Source of the DNA: the human T2T-CHM13v2.0 reference genome, Homo sapiens
Assembly (NCBI RefSeq): GCF_009914755.1
Contig: NC_060928.1
Reading direction: 5' to 3' (one strand)
DNA length: 64,000 bases
A program made the translations under genes and the position numbers. The notes under the pieces were generated by a model that saw only the letters and a list, made by a program, of their open reading frames with translations, did no database searches and had not been told where the DNA came from. Positions 44,801-59,900 of the stretch are shown one piece after another; the first letter of the stretch is position 1; every line of letters starts with the position of its first letter.

Positions 44801-47289
44801 TAAAGCATGTAATACATACTTTGTGCAGTTTGATATTTTATGTACAGTATGTAATACACACTTTGGGTACTTTCATATTTTATGTACAGTATGTAAAACA
44901 TACTTTGGGTGGTTTGATATATTATGTACAGTATATAATACATACTTTGGGTACTCTGATATTTTATGTACAGTGTATAATACATACTTTGGGTACTTTG
45001 ATATTTTATGTACAGTATATAATACATACATTGGGTACTTTGATATATTATGTACAGTATATAATACTTACTTGGGGTACTTTGATATTTTATGTACAGT
45101 ATATAATACATACTTTGTGTACTTTGATATTTTATCTACAGTGTATAATATATACTTTGGGTATCTTGATATTTTATGTACAGTATATAATACATACTTT
45201 GAGTACTTTGATATTTTATGTACAGTATATAATACATACTTTGGATACTTTGATATTTTATGTACAGTATATAATACATACTTTGGGTACTTTGATATTT
45301 TATGTACAGTATATAATACATACTTTCGGTACTTTGATATTTTATGTACAGTATATAATATATAGTTTGGGTACTTTGATATTTTATGTACAGTATATAA
45401 TACATACTTTGGGTACTTTGATATTTTATGTACAGAATATAGTTTGAGTACTTTGATATTTTATGTACACTTTATTATAAATGTTTGGGTACTTTCATAT
45501 TCTATGTACAGTATATAATACATACTTTGGTCTCTTTGATGTTTTATGTACAGTATATAATACATACTTTGGGTTCTTTGATATTTTATGTGCAGAATAT
45601 AATGCATAGTTTTAGGTACTTTTATATTTTATGTACAGTATATAATACATACTTTGGGTACTTTGATATTTTATGTACAGTGTATAATACATACTTTGGG
45701 AACTTTGATATTTTATGTACAGTATGTAATACATACTTTGGGTACTTTGATATTTTATGTACAGTATATAATACATATTATTGGCACGTTGATATTTTAT
45801 GTACAGTATACAATATATAGTTTGAGTACTTTGATATTTTATGTCCAGTATAAAATACATAGATTTCATACTTTGATATTTTATGTACAGAATATAGTTT
45901 GAGTACTTTGATATTTTATGTACACTTTATCATAAAAGTTTGGGTACTTTCATATTTTACGTACAGTATATAATACATACTTTGGGCACTTTGATGTTTT
46001 ATGTACAGTATATAATACATACTTTGGGTTCTTTGATATGTTATGTACAGCATATAGTACATAATTTGGGGACTTTTATATTTTATGTACATTATATAAT
46101 ACATACTTTGGGTACTTTTATATTTTATGTACGGTATATAATACATACTTTGGGAACTTTGATATATTATGTACATTATATAATACATACTTTGGGTACT
46201 TTGTTATATTATGTACAGTATATAATACATACTTAGGGTACTTTGACATTTTATGTACAGTACATAATACATACTTTGGGTACTTTGATATTTTATGTAC
46301 AGTATATAATATATACTTTGGGTACTTTGATATTTTATGTACAGTATATAATATATGATTTGGGTACTTTTACATTTTATGTACAGTATTTAATATATAG
46401 TTTGGGTACTTTGATATTTTATGTACGGTATATAATACATACTTTGGGTACTTTGATATTTTATGTACAGTATATAATACATACTTTGGGTACTTTGATA
46501 TTTTATGTACAGTATATAATACATACTTTGGGTACTTTGATATTTAATGTACAGTATATAATACACACTTTGCGTACTTTGATATTTTATGTAAAGTATG
46601 TAATACATACTTTGGGTACTTTGATATTTTATCTACAGTATGTAATACACGCTTTGGGTACTTTGATATTTTATGTAGAGTATGTAAAACATACTTTGGG
46701 TACTTTGGTATTTTATGGTCAGTATATAATACATATTTTGGGTACTTTGATATTTTATGTACAGTATATAATGCATAATTTGGGTACTTCAATAGTTTAT
46801 GCACAGTATATAATACATACTTTGGGTAATTTGATATTTTATGTACAGTATATAATGCATACTTTGGGTACTTTGATAGTTTATGTACAGTATACAATAC
46901 ATACTTTGGGTACTTTGATATTTTATGTACAGTATATAATATGTAGTTTGGGTACTTTGATATTTTAACTACAGTATATAATACATACTTTGGGTACTTT
47001 GATATTTTATCTACAGTATATAATAGATACTTTGGGTACTTTGATATATTATGTACAGTATATAATACATAGTTTGGTTACTTTGATATTTTTTGTACAG
47101 TATGTAAAACATACTTTGGGGAGTTTGATATTTTATGAACAGTATATAATACACATTTTGGGTACTTTGATATTTTATGTACGGTATATAATACATACTT
47201 TGTGTACTTTGATATTTTATGTACAGTATATAATTCATACTTTGGGTACTTTGATATTTTATGTACAGTATATAATACATACTTTGGGT

Positions 47290-48700
47290 ACTTTGATATT
47301 TTATAAACAGTATATAATACATACTTTGGGTACTTTGATATTTTATGTACTGTATATAATACATACTTTGGGTACTTTTATATTTTATGTACAGTATATA
47401 ATATATAGTTTGGGTAATTTGATATTTTATGTACGGTATATACTACATACTTTGGGTACTTTGATATTTTATGTATAGTATATAATACATACTAAGCGCA
47501 CTTTGATATTTTATGTACAGTATATAATACATACTTTGGTTACTCTGATATTTTATGTACAGTGTATAATACATACTTTGTGTACTTTGATATTTTTTCT
47601 ATAGTATATAGTTTGAGTACTTTGATATTTTATGTACAGTTTTTTATAAATATTTGGGTGCTTTCATATTTTATGTACAGTATATAATACATACTAAGCG
47701 CACTTTAATATTTTATGTACAGTATATAATACATACTTTGGTTACTCTGATATTTTATGTACAGTGTATAATACATACTTTGGGTACTTTGATATTTTAT
47801 GTACAATATATAATACATACGTTGAGGACTTTGATATATTATGTACATTATATAATTCATACTTTGGGTACTTTGATATTTTATGTACAGTATATAATAC
47901 ATAGTTTGTGTACTTTGATATTTTATGTACAGTATATAATACATACTTTGGGTACTTTGATATTTTATATACAGTATATAATACATACTTTGGGTACTTT
48001 CATATTTTATGTACAGTATATAATATATAGTTTGGGTACTTTGATATTTTATCTACAGCTTATAATACATACTTTGGGTACTTTGATATTTTATGTACAC
48101 TATATAATACATACTTTGGGTAGTTTGATATTTTATGTACAGTATACAATATATAGTTTGAGTACTTTGATATTTTATGTGCAGTATAAAATATATAGTT
48201 TTCGTACTTTGATATTTTATGTACAGTTTATAGTTTGAGTACTTTGATATTTTATGTACAGTTTATTATAAATGTTTGGGTACTTTCATATTTGATGTAC
48301 AGTATATAATACATAATTTGGGCACTTTGATATTTTATGTACAGTATATAATACATACTTTGGGTAGTTTTCTATTTTATGTACAGTATATAATACATAC
48401 TTTGTTTACTTTGATATTTAATGTACAGTATATAATACACACTTTGCGTACTTTGATATTTTATGTAAAGCATGTAATACATAATTTGGGCAGTTTGATA
48501 TTTTATGTACAGTATGTAATACACACTTTGGGTACTTTGATATTTTATGTACAGTATGTAAAACATACTTTGGGTAGTTTGATATATTATGTACAGTATA
48601 TAATGCATACTTTGGGTACTCTGATATTTTATGTACAGTGTATAATACATACTTTGGGTACTTTGATATTTTATGTACAGTACATAATACATACATTGGG
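47290..48700. repeat. Paralog of about 20380-21790 (offset 26,908 bp)
   Basis: Heads 20746/47654 and 21368/48276. Shared variants TTTTATAAACAG, ACGTTGAGGAC and TTTGTTTAC. Ends are approximate. Confidence 0.72.
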
Positions 48701-51700
48701 TACTTTGATATATTATGTACAGTATATAATACTTACTTGGGGTACTTTGATATTTTATGTACAGTATATAATACATAGTTTGTGTACTTTGATATTTTAT
48801 GTACAGTATATAATACATACTTTGGGTACTTTGATATTTTATGTACAGTATATAATACATACTTTGGGTATCTTGATATTTTATGTACAGTATATAATGC
48901 ATAATTTGGGTACTTTGATATTTTATGTACAGTATATAATGCATACTTTGAGTACTTTGATATTTTATGTACAGTATGTAATACATACTTTGGGTACTTT
49001 GATATTTTATGTATAGTATATTATACATACTTTGTGTAGTTTGATATTTTATGTACACTATACAATATATAGTTTGAGTACTTTGATATTTTATGTCCAG
49101 TATAAAATATATAGTTTTCCTAATTGATATTTTATGTACAGAATATAGTTTGAGTACTTTGATATTTTATGTACAGTATATAGTTTGAGTACTTTGATAT
49201 TTAATGTTCAGTTTATTATAAATGTTTGGGTGCTTTCATATTTTATATACAGTATATAATACATACTTTGGGCACTTTGATATTTTCTGTACAGTATATA
49301 ATACATACTTTGGGTACTTTGATATTTTATGTACGGTATATAATACATACATTGGGTACTTTGATATTTTATGTAAAGTATATAATATATAGTTTGGTTA
49401 GTTTGATATTTTATGTACAGTATATAATATATATTATGTGTACTTTGATATATTATGTACAGTATATAATATATAGTATGGGTTGTTTGATATTTTATGT
49501 ACAGTATATAATATATAGTTTGGGTAGTTTGATATTTTTAGTACAGTATGTAATATATAGTTTGTTTTATTTGATATTTTATGTACAGTATACAATATAT
49601 AGTATTGGTACTTTGATATTTCATGTAAAGTATATAGTTTGAGTACTTTGATATTTTATATGCAGTTTATTATAAATGTTTGGGTACCTTCATATTTTAT
49701 GTACAGTATATAATACATACTTTGGGAACTTTTATTTTATGTGCAGTATATAATACATACTTTGGGTACTTTGATATTTCATGTACAGTATATAATACAC
49801 ACTTTGGGTACTTTGATATTTTATGTACAGTATATAATACATACTTTGGGTACTTTGATATTTCATGCACAGTATACAATATATAGTTTGAGTACTTTGA
49901 TATTTTATGTACTGTATAAAATATATAGTTTTGGTACTTTGATATTTTATGTACAGTATATAGTTTGAGTACTTTGATATTTTATGTACAGTTTGTTATA
50001 AATGTTTGGGTGCTTTCATATTTTATGTACAGTATATAATACATACTTTGGGCACTTTGATATCTTATGTACAGTATATAATACATACTTTGGGTTCTCT
50101 GATATTTTCTGTAGAGTGTATAATACATAATTTGGGTACTTTGATATTTTATGTACAGCATATAATACATACGTTGGGTACTTTGATATATTATGTACAG
50201 TATATAATACATACTTTGGGTACTTTGATATTTTAAGTACAGTATATAATCCATAGTTTGTGTACTTTTACATTTTATGTACAGTATATAATACATACTT
50301 TGGGTACTTTTATATTTTATGTACAGTATATAATACATACTTTGGGTACTTTCATGTTTTATGTACAGTATATAATATATAGTTTGGGTACTTTGATATT
50401 TTATCTACAGCTTATAATACTTACTTTGGGTAATTTGATATTTTATGTACAGTATATAATACATACTTTGGGTAGTTTGATATTTTATGTACAGTATACA
50501 ATATATAGTTTGAGTACTTTGATATTTTATGTGCAGTATAAAATATATAGTGTTGGTATTTTGATGTTTTATGTACAGTATATATTTTGAGTACTTTGAT
50601 ATTTTGTGTACAGTTTATTATAAATGTTTGGGTACTTTCATATTTGATGTACAGTATACAATACATAATTTGGGCACTTTGATATTTTATGTACAGTATA
50701 TAATACATACTTTGGGTACTTTTATATTTTATGTACAGTATATAATACATACTTTGGGTACTTTGATATTTTATGTACAGTATATAATACATACTTTGGG
50801 TACTTTGATATTTTATGTACAGTATATAATACATACTTTCGGTACTTTGATATTTTATGAACAGTATATAATATATAGTTTGGGTACTTTGATAATTTAT
50901 GTACAGTGTATAACACATACTTTGGGTACTTTGATATTTTATGTACAGTATATAATACATACCTTGGGTACTTTTATATTTTATGTACAGTATATAATAC
51001 ATACTTTGGGTACTTTCATATTTCATGTACAGTTTATAATATATAGTTTGGGTACTTTGGTATATTATGTACTGTATATAATACATACTTTGGGTACTTA
51101 GATATTTTATGTACAGTATATAATACATACTTTGGGTACTTTGATATTTTATGTACAGTATACAATATATACTTTGACTATTTTGATATTTTATGTCCAG
51201 TATAGAATATATAGTTTTGGTAGTTTGATATTTTATGTACAGTATATAGTTTGAGTACATTGATATTTTATGTACACTTTATTATAAATGTTTGGATACT
51301 TTCATATTTTATGTACAGTATATAATACATACTTTGGGCACTTTGATATTTTATGTACAGTATACAATACATACTTTGGGTAATTTGATATTTTATGTAC
51401 AGTATATAATACATACATTGGGTACTTTGATATTTTATGTACAGTATATAATATACAGTTAGGGTACTTTGATATTTTATATACAGTATATAATATATAT
51501 TATGTGTACTTTGATATATTATGTACAGTATATAATATATAGTTTGGGTAATTTGATATTTTATGTACAGTATACAATATATAGTATTGGTACTTTGATA
51601 TTTCATGTAAAGTATATAGTTTGAGTACTTTGATATTTTATATACAGTTTATTATAAATGTTTGGGTACCTTCATATTTTATGTACAGTATATAATACAT

Positions 51701-53379
51701 ACTTTGGGAACTTTTATTTTATGTGCAGTATATAATACATACTTTGGGTACTTTGATATTTTATGTACAGTATATAATACACACTTTGGGTACTTTGATA
51801 TTTTATGTACAGTATATAATACACACTTTGGGGACTTTGATATTTTATGTACAGTATATAATACATACTTTGGGTACTTTGATGTATTATGTACAGTATA
51901 TAATACATACTTTGGGTACTTTGATATTTTATGTACAGTATATAATACATACTTTGGGTACTTTGATATTTTATCTACAGTATATAATACATACTATGGG
52001 TACTTTAATATTTTATGTATAGTATATAATACCTACTTTGGGTAATTTGATATTTTGTGGACAGTATATAATACATGCTTTGGGTAAGTTGATATTTTAT
52101 GTACAGTATATAATATATAGTTTGGGTACTTTGATATTTTATATACAGTATATAATACATACTTTGGGTACTTTGATATTTTTTGTACAGTATATAAAAC
52201 ATACTTTGGGGTGTTTGATATTTTATGAACAGTATATAATACACATTTTGGGTACTTTGATATTTTATGTACAGTATATAATACATACTTTGGGTACTTT
52301 GATATTTTACGTACAGTATATAATACATACGTTGGGTACTTTGATATTTTATGTACAGTATATAATACATACATTGGATACTTCGATATTTTATGTGCAG
52401 TACCGTATATATAGTTTGGGTATTTTGATATTTTATGTCGAGTATAAAATAAATAGTTTTGTTACTTTGATATTTTATGTACAGGTTATAGTTTGAGTAC
52501 TTTGATATTTAATGTTCAGTTTATTATAAATGTTTGGGTGCTTTCATATTTTATATACAGTATATAATACATACTTTGGGCACCTTGATATTTTATGTAC
52601 AGTATATAATACATACTTTGAGTACTTTGATATTTTATGTACGGTATATAATACATACATTGGGTACTTTGATATTTTATGTACAGTATATAATATATAG
52701 TTTGGGTACTTTGATATTTTATATACAGTATATAATATATATTATGTGTACTTTGATATATTCTGTGCAGTATATAATATATAGTTTGGGTTGTTTGATA
52801 TTTTATGTACAGTATATAATATATAGTTTGGGTAGTTTGATATTTTAAGTACAGTATGTAATATATAGTTTGTGTTATTTGATATTTTATGTACAGTATA
52901 CAATATATAGTACTGGTACTTTGATATTTCATGTAAAGTATATAGTTTGAGTACTTTGATATTTTATATACAGTTTATTATAAATGTTTGGGTACCTTCA
53001 TATTTTATGTACAGTATATAATACATACTTTGGGAACTTTTATTTTATGTGCAGTATATAATACATACTTTGGGTACTTTGATATTTTATGTACAGTATA
53101 TAATACACACTTTGGGTACTTTGATATTTTATGTACAGTATATAATACACACTTTGGGTAGTTTGATATTTTATGTACAGTATATAATACATACTTTGGG
53201 TACTTTGATGTATTATGTACAGTATATAATACATACTTTGGGTACTTTGATATTTTATGTACAGTATATAATACATACTTTGGGTACTTTCATATTTCAT
53301 GTACAGTATATAATATATAGTTTGGGTACTTTGGTATATTATGTACTGTATATAATACATACTTTGAGTACTTTGATAT

Positions 53380-56300
53380 TTTATGTACAGTATATAATAC
53401 ACACTTTGGGTACTTTGATATTTTATGTACAGTATATAATACACACTTTGGGTACTTTGATATTTTATGTACAGTATATAATACATACTTTGGGTACTTT
53501 GATGTATTATGTACAGTATATAATACATACTTTGGGTACTTTGATATTTTATGTACAGTATATAATACATACTTTGGGTACTTTGATATTTTATGTACAG
53601 TATGTAATACACACTTTGGGTACTTTGATATTTTATGTACAGTATGTAAAACATACTTTGGGTAGTTTGATATATTATGTACAGTATATAATACATACTT
53701 TGGGTACTCTGATATTTTATGTACAGTGTATAATACATACTTTGGGTACTTTGATATTTTATGTACAGTATATAATACATACATTGGGTACTTTGATATA
53801 TTATGTACAGTATATAATACTTACTTGGGGTATCTTGATATTTTATGTACAGTATATAATGCATACTTTGGGTACTTTGATATTTTATGTACACTATATA
53901 ATGCATACTTTGAGTACTTTGATATTTTATGTACAGTATGTAATACATACTTTGGGTACTTTGATATTTTATGTATAGTATATAATACATACTTTGTGTA
54001 GTTTGATATTTTATGTACAGTATACAATATATAGTTTGAGTACTTTGATATTTTATGTCCAGTATAAAATATATAGTTTTCCTAATTGATATTTTATGTA
54101 CAGAATATAGTTTGAGTACTTTGATATTTTATGTACACTTTATTATAAATGTTTGGGTACTTTCATATTTTATGTACAGTATATAATACATACTTTGGTC
54201 TCTTTGATGTTTTATGTACAGTATATAATACATACTTTGGGTTCTTTGATATTTTATGTGCAGAATATAATGCATAGTTTTAGGTAATTTTATATTTTAT
54301 GTACAGAATATAATACATACTTTGGGTACTTTGATATTTTATGTACAGTATATAATACATACTTCGTGTACTTTGATATTTTATGTACAGTATATAATAC
54401 ATATTATTGGTACTTTGATATTTTATATACAGTATACAATATATAGTTTGAGTACTTTGATATTTTATGTCCAGTATAAAATACATAGATTTCATACTTT
54501 GATATTTTATGTACAGAATATAGTTTGAGTACTTTGATATTTTATGTACACTTTATCATAAAAGTTTGGGTACTTTCATATTTTACGTACAGTATATAAT
54601 ACATACTTTGGGCACTTTGATGTTTTATGTACAGTATATAATACATACTTTGGGTTCTTTGACATGTTATGTACAGCATATAGTACATAATTTGGGGACT
54701 TTTATATTTTATGTACATTATATAATACATACTTTGGGTACTTTTATATTTTATGTACGGTATATAATACATACTTTGGGTACTTTGATATATTATGTAC
54801 AGTATATAATACATACTTTGGGTACTTTGATATATTATGTACAGTATATAATACATACTTAGGGTACTTTGACATTTTATGTACAGTACATAATACATAC
54901 TTTCGGTACTTTGATATTTTATGTACAGTATATAATACATACTTTGGGTACTTTGATATTTTATGTACAGTATATAATACATGTTTTGGGTACTTTTACA
55001 TTTTATGTACAGTACATAATATATAGTTTGGGTACTTTGATATTTTATGTACGGTATATAATACATACTTTGGGTACTTTGATATTTTATGTACAGTATA
55101 TAATACATACTTTGGGTACTTTGATATTTTATGTACAGTATATAATACATACTTTGGGTACTTTGATATTTAATGTACAGTATATAATACACACTTTGCG
55201 TACTTTGATATTTTATGTAAAGTATGTAATACATACTTTGGGTACTTTGATATTTTATGTACAGTATGTAATACACGCTTTGGGTACTTTGATATTTTAT
55301 GTAGAGTATGTAAAACATACTTTGGGTAGTTTGTTATTTTATGATCAGTATATAATACATATTTTGGGTACTTTGATATTTTATGTACAGTATATAATAC
55401 ATACTTTGGGTACTTTGATATTTTATGTACAGTATATAATGCATAATTTGGGTACTTCAATAGTTTATGCACAGTATATAATACATACTTTGGGTAATTT
55501 GATATTTTATGTACAGTATATAATGCATACTTTGGGTACTTTGATAGTTTATGTACAGTATACAATACATACTTTGGGTACTTTGATATTTTATGTACAG
55601 TATATAATATGTAGTTTGGGTACTTTGATATTTTAACTACAGTATATAATACATACTTTGGGTACTTTGATATTTTATCTACAGTATATAATAGATACTT
55701 TGGGTACTTTGATATATTATGTACAGTATATAATACATAGTTTGGTTACTTTGATATTTTTTGTACAGTATGTAAAACATACTTTGGGGAGTTTGATATT
55801 TTATGAACAGTATATAATACACATTTTGGGTACTTTGATATTTTATGTACGGTATATAATACATACTTTGGGTACTTTGATATTTTATGTACAGTATATA
55901 ATTCATACTTTGGGTACTTTGATATTTTATGTACAGTATATAATACATACATTGGGTACTTCGATATTTTATGTGCAGTACCCTATATATAGTTTGGGTA
56001 CTTTGATATTTTATGTCCAGTATAAAATAAATAGTTTTGGTACTTTGATATTTTATGTACAGTATATAGTTTGAGTACTTTGATATTTAATGTTCAGTTT
56101 ATTATAAATGTTTGGGTGCTTTCATATTTTATATACAGTATATAATACATACTTTGGGCACTTTGATATTTTCTGTACAGTATATAATACATACTTTGGG
56201 TACTTTGATATTTTATGTACGGTATATAATACATACATTGGGTACTTTGATATTTTATGTAAAGTATATAATATATAGTTTGGTTACTTTGATATTTTAT

Positions 56301-56990
56301 ATACAGTATATAATATATATTATGTGTACTTTGATATATTATGTACAGTATATAATATATAGTATGGGTTGTTTGATATTTTATGTACAGTATATAATAT
56401 ATAGTTTGGGTAGTTTGATATTTTTAGTACAGTATGTAATATATAGTTTGTTTTATTTGATATTTTATGTACAGTATACAATATATAGTATTGGTACTTT
56501 GATATTTCATGTAAAGTATATAGTTTGAGTACTTTGATATTTTATATGCAGTTTATTATAAATGTTTGGGTACCTTCATATTTTATGTACAGTATATAAT
56601 ACATACTTTGGGAACTTTTATTTTATGTGCAGTATATAATACATACTTTGGGTACTTTGATATTTCATGTACAGTATATAATACACACTTTGGGTACTTT
56701 GATATTTTATGTACAGTATATAATACACACTTTGGGTAGTTTGATATTTTATGTACAGTATATAATACATACTTTGGGTACTTTGATGTATTATGTACAG
56801 TATATAATACATACTTTGGGTACTTTGATATTTTATGTACAGTATATAATACATACTTTGGGTACTTTGATATTTTATGTACAGTATGTAATACATAATT
56901 TGGGTACTTTAATATTTTATGTATAGTATATAATACTTACTTTGGGTACTTTGATATTTTATGGACAGTGTATAATACATACTTTGGGTT
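53380..56990. repeat. Paralog of about 6560-10170 (offset 46,818 bp); its left part recurs 4,528 bp further on (about 58100-59230)
   Basis: ORF pairs 6908/53726, 7748/54566, 8051/54869, 9294/56112 and 9809/56627; also 53726/58254, 54322/58850 and 54566/59094. Confidence 0.78.
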
Positions 56991-59900
56991 CTTTGATATT
57001 TTATGTACAGTATATAACATATAGTTTGGGTACTTTGATATTTTATATACAGTATATAATACATACTTTGGGTACTTTGATATTTTATGTACAGTATATA
57101 ATACATACTTTGGGTACTTTGATATTTCATGCACAGTATACAATATATAGTTTGAGTACTTTGATATTTTATGTACTGAATAAAATATATAGTTTTCGTA
57201 CTTTGATATTTTATGTACAGTATATAGTTTGAGTACGTTGATATTTTATGAACAGTTTGTTATAAATGTTTGGGTGCTTTCATATTTTATGTACAGTATA
57301 TAATACATACTTTGGGCACTTTGATATCTTATGTACAGTATATAATACATACTTTGGGTTCTCTGATATTTTCTGTACAGTGTATAATACATAATTTGGG
57401 TACTTTGATATTTTATGTACAGCATATAATACATACGTTGGGTACTTTGATATATTATGTACAGTATATAATACATACTTTGGGTACTTTGATATTTTAT
57501 GTACAGTATATAATCCATAGTTTGTGTACTTTTATATTTTATGTACAGTATATAATACATACTTTGGGTACTTTGATATTTTATGTACAGTACATAATAC
57601 ATACTTTGGGTACTTTCATGTTTTATGTACAGTATATAATATATAGTTTGGGTACTTTGATATTTTATCTACAGCTTATAATATTTACTTTGGGTAATTT
57701 GATATTTTATGTACAGTATATAATACATACTTTGGGTAGTTTGATATTTTATGTACAGTATACAATATATAGTTTGAGTACTTTGATATTTTATGTGCAG
57801 TATAAAATATATAGTGTTGGTACTTTGATGTTTTATGTACAGTATATATTTTGAGTACTTTGATATTTTGTGTACAGTTTATTATAAATGTTTGGGTACT
57901 TTCATATTTGATGTACAGTATATAATACATAATTTGGGCACTTTGATATTTTATGTACAGTATATAATACATACTTTGGGTACTTTTATATTTTATGTAC
58001 AGTATATAATACATACTCTGGGCACTTTGATATTTAATGTACAGTATATAATACACACTTTGCGTACTTTGATATTTTATGTAACGTATGTAATACATAC
58101 TTTGGGTAGTTTGATATTTTATGTACAGTATGTAATACACACTTTGGGTAATTTGATATTTTATGTACAGTATGTAAAACATACTTTGGGTAGTTTGATA
58201 TATTATGTACAGTATATAATACATACTTTGGGTACTCTGATATTTTATGTACAGTGTATAATACATACTTTGGGTACTTTGATATTTTATGTACAGTATA
58301 TAATACATACATTGGGTACTTTGATATATTATGTACAGTATATAATACTTACTTGGGGTATCTTGATATTTTATGTACAGTATATAATGCATACTTTGGG
58401 TACTTTGATATTTTATGTACAGTATATAATGCATACTTTGAGTACTTTGATATTTTATGTACAGTATGTAATACATACTATGGGTACTTTGATATTTTAT
58501 GTATAGTATATAATACATACTTTGTGTAGTTTGATATTTTATGTACAGTATACAATATATAGTTTGAGTACTTTGATATTTTATGTCCAGTATAAAATAT
58601 ATAGTTTTCCTAATTGATATTTTATGTACAGAATATAGTTTGAGTACTTTGATATTTTATGTACACTTTATTATAAATGTTTGGGTAATTTCATATTTTA
58701 TGTACAGTATATAATACATACTTTGGTCTCTTTGATGTTTTATGTACAGTATATAATACATACTTTGTGTTCTTTGATATTTTATGTGCAGAATATAATG
58801 CATAGTTTTAGGTACTTTTATATTTTATGTACAGTATATAATACATACTTTGGGTACTTTGATATTTTATGTACAGTATATAATACATACTTTGGGTACT
58901 TTGATATTTTATGTACAGTATATAATACATATTATTGGTACTTTGATATTTTATGTACAGTATACAATATATAGTTTGAGTACTTTGATATTTTATGTCC
59001 AGTATAAAATACATAGATTTCATACTTTGATATTTTATGTACAGAATATAGTTTGAGTACTTTGATATTTTATGTACACTTTATCATAAAAGTTTGGGTA
59101 CTTTAATATTTTACGTACAGTATTTAATACATACTTTGGGCACTTTGATGTTTTATGTACAGTATATAATACATACTTTGGGTTCTTTGATATGTTATGT
59201 ACAGCATATAGTACATAATTTGGGGACTTTTATATTTTATGTACATTATATAATACATAATTTGGGGACTTTTATATTTTATGTACATTATATTATACAT
59301 ACTTTGGGTACTTTTATATTTTATGTACGGTATATAATACACACTTTGGGTACTTTGATATATTATGTACAGTATATAATACATACTTTGGGTACTTTGA
59401 TATATTATGTACAGTATATAATACATACTAAGGGTACTTTGACATTTTATGTACAGTACATAATACATACTTTGGGTACTTTGATATTTTATGTACAGTA
59501 TATAATGCATACTTTGGATACTATGATATTTTATATACAGTATATAATACATACTTTGGGTACTTTTATATTTTATGTACAGTATATAATATATAGTTTG
59601 GGTACTTTGATATTTTATGTACGGTATATAATACATACTTTGGGTACTTTGATATTTTATGTACAGTATATAATACATACTTTGGGTACTCTGATATTTT
59701 ATGTACAGTATACAATATATAGTTTGAATACTTTGATATTTTATGTACTGTATAAAATATATAGTTTTCGTACTTTGATATTTTATGTACAATATATAGT
59801 TTGAGTACTTTGATATTTTATGTACAGTTTTTTATAAATGTTTCGGTGCTTTCATATTTTATGTACAGTATATAATACATACAAAGGGCACTTTGATATT

